A stretch of 24,000 bases of DNA from an uncultured Phycisphaeraceae bacterium (GCA_964651325.1 CAZYXP010000003.1:6553-30552), one strand, 5' to 3'. Positions 9,427 to 16,740 are shown, counted from the stretch's first letter. A program made the numbers and translations. The notes: generated by a model not told the origin, from the letters alone.

Positions 9427-10392
9427 ATGACCACAACGCAGGCCGCCGTACAAACCATCAACAATGCAAGCTCAACCATTGACGTGCTCGATGTCATCGT
9501 CCTATCCGGCGGTCCCAGTGCCGAACGAGAGGTCAGCCTGCAAAGCGGCCAAAGTGTCGCTACGGCGCTTGGTCGGTTGGGCCATCGCGTCATCCTCGGC
9601 GACATTGGCCCGCAAGACTTTTCCATCCTGAAAAACGAAGCCGATTTCGTCTTCATCGCCTTACACGGCACGTTTGGCGAGGACGGCACAATTCAGGCTG
9701 AGCTTGATCGGCGGCACATCCCTTACTCCGGTTCGTCCGCGAGCGTCTCCCGTCTGGTCATGGACAAGGTCCAAACGAAGATGCGTTTGGAGCAATGCCA
9801 ACTCCCCACGCCGCGATACGAGCTGGTCACGGCCGATTCAATTACCGGCCTGGCCGAACGGTTCTCGGCACCGGCCTTCGTCAAGCCGGTCGCCTCCGGC
9901 AGCAGCGTGGATACGATGATCGTCAAGACGGCGCGGCAGCTTCAGTCGGCCGCCGCAGGGCTGGTCGATCGCTACGGTGGCGCGCTCGTGGAGGTCTGCA
10001 TCACGGGTCCGGAATTGACTTGTGCCGTCGTCGGAGATCAAGCGCTGCCCGTTTGCGAAATCCGCACGAAGCGCGCGTTCTACAACTACGAAGCCAAGTA
10101 CCTCGACAACGACACGCAGTATCTCTTCGAACTCGACCTCCCGACCGAGCTGATTCAAAACGTGCAGGAGATTTCGATCAAAGCGCACCGGGCCTTGGGC
10201 TGCGAAGTGATTTCACGAGTCGACATCATGGTCGATGCAAAGACGCATGAGCCGCACATCCTGGAAATCAACACGATTCCCGGCTTCACGGATCACTCCC
10301 TGGTTCCCAAAGCCGCATCGCGCGTTGGCATGAATTTCGACCAACTGTGTCAGACCATCATAGAATTATCGTTAGAAAAATCGCTTTCGTAG
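9427..10392 (+). CDS. ddl: D-alanine--D-alanine ligase (Ddl)
   Basis: 321-aa ORF with VLSGGPSAEREVSLQSG, FIALHGTFGEDGTIQ and ILEINTIPGFTDHSL (ATP-grasp). Confidence 0.92.
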   Translation: MTTTQAAVQTINNASSTIDVLDVIVLSGGPSAEREVSLQSGQSVATALGRLGHRVILGDIGPQDFSILKNEADFVFIALHGTFGEDGTIQAELDRRHIPYSGSSASVSRLVMDKVQTKMRLEQCQLPTPRYELVTADSITGLAERFSAPAFVKPVASGSSVDTMIVKTARQLQSAAAGLVDRYGGALVEVCITGPELTCAVVGDQALPVCEIRTKRAFYNYEAKYLDNDTQYLFELDLPTELIQNVQEISIKAHRALGCEVISRVDIMVDAKTHEPHILEINTIPGFTDHSLVPKAASRVGMNFDQLCQTIIELSLEKSLS

Positions 10393-10439
10393 TTAAGAGT
10401 TAGACGGTGTTGAATGGTCCAAAACGAATCGAACGCTCC

Positions 10440-10510
10440 CCCGAGCCGCGGGCTTCTGTTCCTGAGCCGCATGCTTCTCTTCCCGAGCCGCGGGCTTCAG
10501 CCCGCGCGGC
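10440..10510. repeat. three tandem 21-nt units ending in copy 2 of the 23-nt palindromic core
   Basis: The units are cccgagccgcgggcttctgtt (10440-10460), cctgagccgcatgcttctctt (10461-10481) and cccgagccgcgggcttcagcc (10482-10502). The core at 10487-10509 is identical to 9219-9241. Confidence 0.75.
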
Positions 10511-10659
10511 CTCCGGCATTGTGTGACGCGCTGACCTGCAGCACCGCGCAAGCTAAGGCGTGCGGCTCGGAATCAGTTGCGCGGAAGCCCTGGGGCCGCC
10601 CAACGCGGACCATGACTCGCTGATGGCTGTCGGCTGATAACGGACAGCGTTCACGCTGC

Positions 10660-11577
10660 ATGACAAAACGACCCCGAGGAAAACGGCCCACACCGATGGC
10701 AAGAAAAAAGAAAAAATCGAGCAAACGCTCAAATTGGATGTCGCGCCTCCCTTCAGTTCAAACCGAAACCCTCGTGCGCTGCGCCCGGTTCGGCATGTTT
10801 CTCCTTCTCCCCGCCGTCGTGGTATTTGCCGGGCTCTTGGGCATGGACCGGCTAGAGACCCACGTCCTCGCCCGCCTTGCCGATCGAGCGACCTCGACCG
10901 TGGTGTTCACCGGACTTCCCGATTCCCTCGCCTCCCTGGCCCGGCCGGACTTGGATGAGTCGGTCGCCGATCTACTCCGAGCCGATTGGACCGGAAATGC
11001 GATGTGCGAGAGAATCGCCGAGCGCGTAGGCGCGGTGGAATGGGTAGCGAGCGTCAAGCATGTACGACGACGCAGCGACGGAAGTTTTGAAGTCCAAGCT
11101 CGCTTCCGGGCTCCCTTCGCAATGGTTCAATCCGCGACCGGTTTCTGTCTCGTTGGTGCCGATGGCGTCCGTTTGCCCGGCGTCTATCGCTACGATCCAA
11201 ACCGACCGCTGATTCAGGGCGTTTTGGAACCGCCGCCGGAACCGGGGCACGCCTGGCCCGGTGAAGACATCAAGGCCGGGATCAGCGTGATTGTCCGGAT
11301 CGCCAATGAGCCCTACCGCCATCAGATCACGGCCGTGCTCGTAGACAACCATCGCGGTCGCGTCGATCTCCGACGCAGCCACATCGCGCTGGCCACCGAT
11401 GTTGCCGGCGGGCGCATTCTCTGGGGCTCGGCCCCCGGAGAAGAAATCGAAGAGAACAGTGTGGCCCGAAAGCTCGCCATGCTCCGCACCAATTTCCGAG
11501 AAACGGGTAGGGCCGATGCTCGTCACACCGTAATTGACATCTCAACCTTCCCCGACCGGTTCGTGGTCCCCGATTAG
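10660..11577 (+). CDS. ftsQ: FtsQ/DivIB-like cell division protein (basic tail, single TM, POTRA-like domain)
   Basis: 305-aa ORF in the canonical post-ddl position. It has a Lys/Arg-rich N-terminus and one TM (FGMFLLLPAVVVFAGLLG). The periplasmic segment ...VVFTGLP..(30)..VEWVASVKHVRRRSDGSFEVQARFRAPFAMV..FCLVGADGVRLP fits the FtsQ POTRA pattern. An alternative start is ATG 10696. Confidence 0.6.
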   Translation: MTKRPRGKRPTPMARKKKKSSKRSNWMSRLPSVQTETLVRCARFGMFLLLPAVVVFAGLLGMDRLETHVLARLADRATSTVVFTGLPDSLASLARPDLDESVADLLRADWTGNAMCERIAERVGAVEWVASVKHVRRRSDGSFEVQARFRAPFAMVQSATGFCLVGADGVRLPGVYRYDPNRPLIQGVLEPPPEPGHAWPGEDIKAGISVIVRIANEPYRHQITAVLVDNHRGRVDLRRSHIALATDVAGGRILWGSAPGEEIEENSVARKLAMLRTNFRETGRADARHTVIDISTFPDRFVVPD

Positions 11578-11628
11578 CTGAATCCGCCGGTAACGGAGCT
11601 ATGTCCGTTCCAGGATCGAACACGTGGA

Positions 11629-11695
11629 TTATCGGACGAGGCGCCCGATAACAAACAGAATATTCGCTCCCCACTGGCGAATAGCATGATAGAAT
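11629..11695 (+). promoter_or_regulatory. two 7-bp inverted repeats followed by an extended -10 promoter
   Basis: TTATCGG-N9-CCGATAA (11629-11651) and TATTCGC-N9-GCGAATA (11661-11683), then TGATAGAAT (TG at 11687-88, -10 TAGAAT at 11690-11695). The predicted TSS is near 11702, 3 nt before ATG 11705. Confidence 0.45.
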
Positions 11696-11704
11696 CGTCC
11701 TACT

Positions 11705-12538
11705 ATGGAAACGGTGACAGCTATGCCAGATTTCTCAGCCAAACTAGAACAGGTCCATCAATTCTTCGTCCAACACCTTCCTCCGGAGGCGCTGGCCAAC
11801 ATGGTGCCGGTGGCATTCCTGGTGCTCATTGCGGGCATCACGATCAGCGTGTTGGGCGCGAAGATGGCGCGCGGCGGGTTGCTTCTAGCGTTCGCCGTGC
11901 TCGGCGTTGTCGCCGGAAAGCACTTTGCCGCGATCTCAAACTACTCCATGCCTTTGTGTGTTATCGCCGGTGGCATCATGGTTGCCGCGATCGGACATCT
12001 TACGTTCCGCCTTTGGGTCGGGGCCGCAGTCGGCGCTGTGCTGACCGCAATTGCGCTTGGCGGGTTCGGCTACGACAAGCTCATCCCTCAAATCAACGAG
12101 TACGAACAGACCAGGCTTGTAGCCGTGCAGGGGGGTGGAGACGGCTTTGTGATCCCCACCGCTCAACAGAAAGCATCCTACATCGCCCAAGAACCGGCCG
12201 AGCTCGCCCGTGAGTTTTGGACGTTCGTAACCGGCAAAGATCCGCAAATCGAAAACCGTGCGCTAACGGTGGGCCTGGCGGCCATGATGATTGGACTGTT
12301 TCTCGGCGTGGTCGCCGTTCGGTGGGCGCTGGTGCTTGCCACATCGCTTGCCGGCACGATGTTGGTCGCCACGGGCGTCTGCGCCCTGCTGGCCGAATTC
12401 CTGCCAAGCTCTTATCGGGCCTTGGTCGGCAGCAGTCTGGCCAGCGGCATTACGCTTGGAGGCTTCTTCCTTTCTTCCTTGTTGTTGCAGGGATTGCTTA
12501 CGCGAAAACCATCGCCTGATTCGGCCTCGTCCGATTAG
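11705..12538 (+). CDS. hypothetical glycine-rich 7-TM membrane protein (paralogue A; possibly DUF4203/TMEM198-like)
   Basis: 277-aa ORF with about 7 hydrophobic spans and a ~65-aa soluble insert after TM4. Its N-terminus and first two TMs resemble the next gene. Confidence 0.7.
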   Translation: METVTAMPDFSAKLEQVHQFFVQHLPPEALANMVPVAFLVLIAGITISVLGAKMARGGLLLAFAVLGVVAGKHFAAISNYSMPLCVIAGGIMVAAIGHLTFRLWVGAAVGAVLTAIALGGFGYDKLIPQINEYEQTRLVAVQGGGDGFVIPTAQQKASYIAQEPAELAREFWTFVTGKDPQIENRALTVGLAAMMIGLFLGVVAVRWALVLATSLAGTMLVATGVCALLAEFLPSSYRALVGSSLASGITLGGFFLSSLLLQGLLTRKPSPDSASSD

Positions 12539-12763
12539 TGCGGCTGATCATCTTCCCCCGCGCCCGTATTGTAAAATACGCTAGTGGTGAGCGCCGCGAA
12601 TCGGCGACAGCCTGAGATTCAGGATCGGACTCAGGCTCCGCTTGGCTCATGATGCTCAAAATGGCTCGGCGCGATCTCTCGAATCGCCCAGAGCGTCACG
12701 TTGTGAACCGGCGCCGTGACCGCACGGACTGCGTTGGCGGGGCTCCAAAACACCGGGCGAAGC

Positions 12764-13366
12764 ATGATAACCTCATTACCGGATTGGGCTGCGTTTCTTC
12801 GATCGACCGACACGATAATAGGCTTGCCGCTGATCCTCAGCGGTTTGGGCATGATGTTTTTTGGTTGGCGACTCTGGAAGGGTTGCGTGGTCATTTCATT
12901 CGGTCTGATCGGCTTCGGGCTAGGCGTTCATTTCTTTGACAGCCATCCGCAGCAATTGTGGTTTTCCCTGGCCATTGCCGCCGCTCTGGCCGCCCTTAGT
13001 TATTGGCCTGTCAATTACTCACTGGCCCTGCTTGGTGGACTGGTGGGGGCGGCGACCCTCATGGAGATCCTTACATCCGCGGGGTTCATGGGTTCGGTTC
13101 TCTGGATTCTGGTGGGATTGGCGCTGTTCTCGGCAGCGGCCCTTGCGTTTATCAATCGTCAGCTTGTCGTGATCGCGCTCACCGCCTTTGAGGGGTCCGT
13201 GTTGTTGGTTTCGGGCATCGCTGCTGTGGTGATGACGATGCCCGCGCTGGATGCAGTATTCTCCGAACACAGCGGATTCGCCGTCGCCTTTGGGCTGCTC
13301 GTTCCCACGGTGATGAGCTGCTTCTATCAAGTGGCGGAAGTTCATAGACTCAACAGGCGACTGTAA
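12764..13366 (+). CDS. hypothetical glycine-rich 7-TM membrane protein (paralogue B)
   Basis: The tracked ORF is 12716-13366, starting at a GTG. ATG 12764 is preferred because MITSLPDWAAF then aligns with the paralogue-A N-terminus ..AMPDFSAK. About 7 TM spans. Confidence 0.65.
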   Translation: MITSLPDWAAFLRSTDTIIGLPLILSGLGMMFFGWRLWKGCVVISFGLIGFGLGVHFFDSHPQQLWFSLAIAAALAALSYWPVNYSLALLGGLVGAATLMEILTSAGFMGSVLWILVGLALFSAAALAFINRQLVVIALTAFEGSVLLVSGIAAVVMTMPALDAVFSEHSGFAVAFGLLVPTVMSCFYQVAEVHRLNRRL

Positions 13367-13393
13367 GACTGACCTCGATTACGCCTCGCCATT

Positions 13394-13500
13394 TCAGAGC
13401 GCCGGGCGCGAGCCCGGTGACCTATTCTCAGCACGCCCGGGCGCAAGCCCCGTGCCCGCCGGCCGCACAGGGGTCCTCAGGCTCGCGCCAGCGGCTCTGA
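13394..13500. repeat. composite structured GC-rich element with GNRA-capped hairpins
   Basis: An outer pairing TCAGAGC (13394-13400) / GCTCTGA (13494-13500) encloses two hairpins. One is CCGGGC-GCGA-GCCCGG (13402-13417). The other is CACG..CGGGC-GCAA-GCCC..CGTG (13432-13454). Confidence 0.55.
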
Positions 13501-13626
13501 GTTGATGTACCCATCCTTTCGAAGCGGTCACGAATCTACGGCGAATGAATCGCCGCGCCTGTGCTACCCAAGAACCAAATCGCGTATAGACTGAACGCCT
13601 CGGTTGGGCAACGTGCGAGGTTTCAG

Positions 13627-14427
13627 ATGAACCATGGACGGGTGGGTATCGATTTACAGGACCTTGGTTTACCACCCAAGGAGGGCCTGCGCCGAGCGTC
13701 CGCGATGGGATTTCGCGCCGCACAATTCCCGGCGGTCGCCGGTGAACTTTCAGCCCGAAGCCTCTCGTCGAGCGGCCGGCGGCACCTGAAACGATTCGCG
13801 TCGGGGCTCGGATTGGAGATAGTCGCCCTGGTCGCCGATTTCCCCGCCATACGCCTTACCGAACCCACGTCGATCGATCAGCGCGTCAAGGAGACCATCG
13901 AAGTGATCGAAATGGCGGCGGAGCTGGCCGTGCCGACCGTGGTGACGTCCCTGGGCGCCGTAACGGACGCCGATTCCATGGCGGTCTCACCCGTGGCCGG
14001 CGAAGCGCTGGGCCAAATGGCGGAAGTGGCGGACGCGAGAGGCCGGACCCTCGCCCTCAAACCTTCGCATGATGCGGGCACGCGGCTGGTCAACGTGCTA
14101 GACTCGGTGGGGTGCTCCGCGGTAGGCGTCTGCCTGGACCCAGCGGAGATGGTCATGTGCGGAGCGAATCCGCTGAACCAATTCGATCAGTGGGCCACGC
14201 GCGTTGCCTTGGTTCATGCGCGCGATGCAACGGCGGGCGATCAGTGGCGGGTGGGGCGCGAAACGTCGCTCGGCGAAGGCGAAGTGGATATTCGAGGCGT
14301 GCTCATCGCACTGGCGGACAGTGAATACCACGGCGACTACATCGTTCGAAGGATGGACGCACCGTCGCCGGTTAGGGACTTGAAAGGCTCGCTCGACTCG
14401 TTCCAATCGATTCGCTCGAGCCTGTAG
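13627..14427 (+). CDS. sugar phosphate isomerase/epimerase-like protein (xylose-isomerase-like TIM barrel, divergent)
   Basis: The tracked ORF is 13561-14427. ATG 13627 is preceded by GAGG. Block pattern GFRAAQF / LGLEIVAL / VPTVVTSLG / LALKPSH / VGVCLDPAEM / VHARD resembles the AP_endonuc_2 family. Several usual metal ligands look substituted. Confidence 0.5.
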   Translation: MNHGRVGIDLQDLGLPPKEGLRRASAMGFRAAQFPAVAGELSARSLSSSGRRHLKRFASGLGLEIVALVADFPAIRLTEPTSIDQRVKETIEVIEMAAELAVPTVVTSLGAVTDADSMAVSPVAGEALGQMAEVADARGRTLALKPSHDAGTRLVNVLDSVGCSAVGVCLDPAEMVMCGANPLNQFDQWATRVALVHARDATAGDQWRVGRETSLGEGEVDIRGVLIALADSEYHGDYIVRRMDAPSPVRDLKGSLDSFQSIRSSL

Positions 14428-14438
14428 TCGCAGCCACG

Positions 14439-15695
14439 CTAGGCTTCAGCGGATTCCGACGCAGGTTCCGCGTCCGCATGTGACGCTTCGCTAACCGGGT
14501 TGCCGAACTCGAACATTCGAACATCGCCCAACCTCCCTACGTCAAAGGAAAGGCGAAAACGAGTCCCCAATCCGGGGCCCGTATCGACCAGTTCCAGATC
14601 CCCGCCGAGCTGTTGCGCATAGTGCTTGCTGATCGTCAACCCAAGCCCCGGCCCCTGCAAATGGTATTCGTGCTCACAGCCGATCGCGGCAAACGGACGG
14701 AACAGCCGCGCCTTCTGTTCGTGGGTCATCCCGATGCCCGTATCGACGATGTCGATTTGCAGTTGCGGTTGCTCCTGATCGCCGCGAATCAAGCGCACGA
14801 GCAGGCGAATGCCTCCGCTGTCGGTGTGCTTGACGGCATTGCCCACCACGTTAAGCAAAATCCGCTGAACGCGCGTCGCGTCCGTCTCGATGGTTTCTGG
14901 TAGCTGGCCGACGTATTCCATCACCAGGGCCACATCCTTGGCATCCGACCATACTTCCATCGAACCGCGAACTTCACCGAGAAGTTCGGCCAGATAACAT
15001 CGAGACAAAGACGGTGTCCCCACGCCCGATTCCACCTCGGAAAGCTCGATGACTTCATTGACCAACGCCAGCAGTTGCTCGCCCTTCTGGCGTATCGTGT
15101 AGATCGTCTCCACCCGCTCCGGTGGGGCTCGATGCAAATCGCCCTCATGGATCAGGCTGTGCGCCAACCCAAGAATCGCCGTCAAGGGCGTCCGCAACTC
15201 GCGCGCGATCCGGACCAGAAACGCGCTCTTGGCCAGGTCTCGCTGGGTCGCTTCGTCCTGCGTCCGAGTCAGTTCCACGCGCAGCGCCTCGAACTGCTCG
15301 ATCTGACCGTGAAGCTCGGCCACCGCCGACTCACTGTCTGCCAGCGATGTGGAAATAGCGTTTTCGGCCACCTGCAGGCTGCTGAACTGATCCGAAAGCT
15401 GACCCACCTGACGCCTGAGCTCCACGACCGTGGCCTCTTCCCGCCGCATGGCCGTGTCCAGCCGCCGTTTCCAGCGCGACAGCAACCGCAGCGTGACGAT
15501 CCACAAGCATGCTCCAACGACAAGCACGGGCGCAGTCAACTTGGCGAGCCAAAGTGAACCACTATGAACCCCGGCCGTCGGAACGTACGACAGCATAGCC
15601 ACGGCGCAAACAGAGAGTCCTGCACATCCGAAGAGGAGTCGCCGAGGCCAAGGTCCCAATAGCATTCTTTCAGCGGTGGGCGTAATGACTGTCAT
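14439..15695 (-). CDS. membrane histidine-kinase-like protein with Arg in place of the phospho-acceptor His
   Basis: The ORF extends to 15815. ATG 15695 (MTVITPT..) is chosen ahead of two TM spans. A coiled-coil linker follows. The HisKA box reads FLVRIARELRTPLTAILG. The HATPase_c N, G1, F and G2 boxes are intact: NVVGNAVKHT, DTGIGM, LFRPF, GPGLGLTIS. No response regulator is adjacent. Confidence 0.85.
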   Translation of the reverse strand: MTVITPTAERMLLGPWPRRLLFGCAGLSVCAVAMLSYVPTAGVHSGSLWLAKLTAPVLVVGACLWIVTLRLLSRWKRRLDTAMRREEATVVELRRQVGQLSDQFSSLQVAENAISTSLADSESAVAELHGQIEQFEALRVELTRTQDEATQRDLAKSAFLVRIARELRTPLTAILGLAHSLIHEGDLHRAPPERVETIYTIRQKGEQLLALVNEVIELSEVESGVGTPSLSRCYLAELLGEVRGSMEVWSDAKDVALVMEYVGQLPETIETDATRVQRILLNVVGNAVKHTDSGGIRLLVRLIRGDQEQPQLQIDIVDTGIGMTHEQKARLFRPFAAIGCEHEYHLQGPGLGLTISKHYAQQLGGDLELVDTGPGLGTRFRLSFDVGRLGDVRMFEFGNPVSEASHADAEPASESAEA

Positions 15696-16269
15696 CTCCC
15701 AAGAAGACCCGATCTCCAGTACAGTGCTACTTCTCTTGCGGCGGCATAGAATTCCTTCGACTCTTTCAGCACGCAAGCCACCGGACTCGGCCAGCGCGAC
15801 GGCGCCAAACCGCACACTTGACCGTGGCGAGACACCATCCTACTGACCGACCTTTGGTAATTGATCGTTCTCTAGTGGGACAAACATGAGCAAGGTGTAG
15901 CAGCGAAACGCCGACTGACGTCCTATTACGACACGTCCAAGCGCGGAGCTCAATGAACCAGCAACTACGGCGAGTCTTATCGGCCTCGCCTACGAAAGAC
16001 CTCGCATTCAGCAACCCAAATCGTCAAACAATCCACCGCCTCGAGCGTCCACCGGATTGGCAGCCGAAATACTCAGAGCCACTGACATGCCTTGCCGACC
16101 GTCCTGCGCTTTGCATGCGCGGAACCAGTCTTGCAAGAATCTTCCACTAGCGCACCGGTCGGACATCAAGGAGAAAATGGAAGAATCAATGAGAAAAAAA
16201 TCGACGTAACTAAACCCGTTACCGACGGTAGGTTAGAGCTGTTTCAAAGCGATGCTCGCGTTTTTGCCT

Positions 16270-16298
16270 TTGGATGAGGGCCGTCGATAGGATATACT
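16270..16298 (+). promoter_or_regulatory. sigma70-like promoter
   Basis: -35 TTGGAT (16270-16275), a 17-nt spacer, then -10 TATACT (16293-16298). The predicted TSS is near 16304-16305. Confidence 0.4.
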
Positions 16299-16303
16299 AT
16301 AGA

Positions 16304-16558
16304 AGTCGTAAGCGACCGGACTTTCATGTTCGGCAGAATGCGAAACGTTGGCTGGAACCTATAGAGGAACCTTGGAAAGCTCGAAAGGTGAGACCAAACG
16401 ACGTACCGGCCCCTTTGAGGTTGGCGGTCTGGGTTTCCGCGGGCTTACCCCCTTCGTTGGAAGGGTTCCGTCCGTAAGCGTTCACCGGCATTGCGGCGGT
16501 CGGGTCGTTTAGACATGGCGAAGGGCTTGTGCTTTATGCGCAAGCCCTTGTCTTTTTT
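16304..16558 (+). ncRNA. candidate ~255-nt small RNA, class unknown
   Basis: It lies in a ~930-nt gene-free gap, bracketed by the promoter above and a strong terminator. 5' AAGCGACCGGAC (16310-16321) can pair with GTCGGGTCGTTT (16499-16510) at 11 of 12 positions, including one G-U pair. An internal perfect hairpin CCCTTC-GTTG-GAAGGG is present. The only ORF across it uses rare codons. Confidence 0.35.
16521..16558 (+). terminator. Rho-independent terminator
   Basis: AAGGGCTTGTGC (16521-16532) pairs with GCGCAAGCCCTT (16538-16549) as a 12-bp stem with one G-U and loop TTTAT, followed by GTCTTTTTT. The reverse strand has no T-tract, so it is unidirectional. Confidence 0.8.
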
Positions 16559-16587
16559 ACTGTAGCACACAGCTTTACTGTAGCACA
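16556..16587 (+). repeat. direct repeat TTTACTGTAGCACA x2 (18-nt period)
   Basis: Identical 14-mers at 16556-16569 and 16574-16587. The first overlaps the terminator T-tract. Confidence 0.7.
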
Positions 16588-16711
16588 GCGGCCCCCCGCT
16601 GTTCGCTTGGCCTTCCCCTGTTGCCAGGCCACGGCGGTGCAAGGCCAAAGCCCACCCCGCCACGTGAAAATGAAACAGCCGAGGGCGGCAGAACTACACG
16701 ACCTCCCCGAC

Positions 16712-16740
16712 TTGCGCGCACCGGTCATCGGCGATATAAT
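16712..16740 (+). promoter_or_regulatory. sigma70 promoter predicting a leaderless mRNA
   Basis: -35 TTGCGC (16712-16717), a 17-nt spacer, then a perfect -10 TATAAT (16735-16740). Six nt further on is ATG 16747. No SD sequence is present. Confidence 0.5.

Noticed and set aside
10440-10502. The 21-nt tandem repeats as a possible CRISPR array.
   Set aside because: There are only three directly abutting, degenerate units with no spacers, and no cas genes in the window.
10414-10623. A 69-aa ORF (..SRGLLFLSRMLLFPSRGLQPARP..) between ddl and ftsQ.
   Set aside because: Its repetitive sequence is simply the translation of the 21-nt tandem repeats and the palindromic core. It has no RBS and is not plausibly coding.
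16274-16477. A 67-aa basic ORF across the candidate sRNA, and the neighbouring ORFs 15953-16150 and 16092-16277.
   Set aside because: They use rare codons (AGG, ATA, AGA, AGT, TTA) unlike the window's genes, and none has an RBS. The first starts inside the predicted -35, and none shows a recognisable motif.
16304-16558. Assigning the candidate RNA to a known class: glmS ribozyme (tempting because a GlmU-like gene follows), c-di-GMP-I, cobalamin or TPP riboswitches, tmRNA, RNase P, SRP RNA, 6S RNA.
   Set aside because: I could not find the signature strings by eye: no AGCGCC..GACGAGG for glmS, no GGCAAAC/GACGCAAAGCC for GEMM-I, no B12 box, no CTGAGA for TPP, no GAGGAAAGTCC for RNase P, and no tRNA-like 3' end. 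The downstream gene also has its own promoter about 150 nt past the terminator. The class is left open pending cmscan.
16556-16587. The TACTGT..ACAG repeats as LexA/SOS boxes.
   Set aside because: The spacing is CTGT-N5-ACAG and CTGT-N3-ACAG, not the CTGT-N8-ACAG of the gamma-proteobacterial box. No SOS gene is adjacent.
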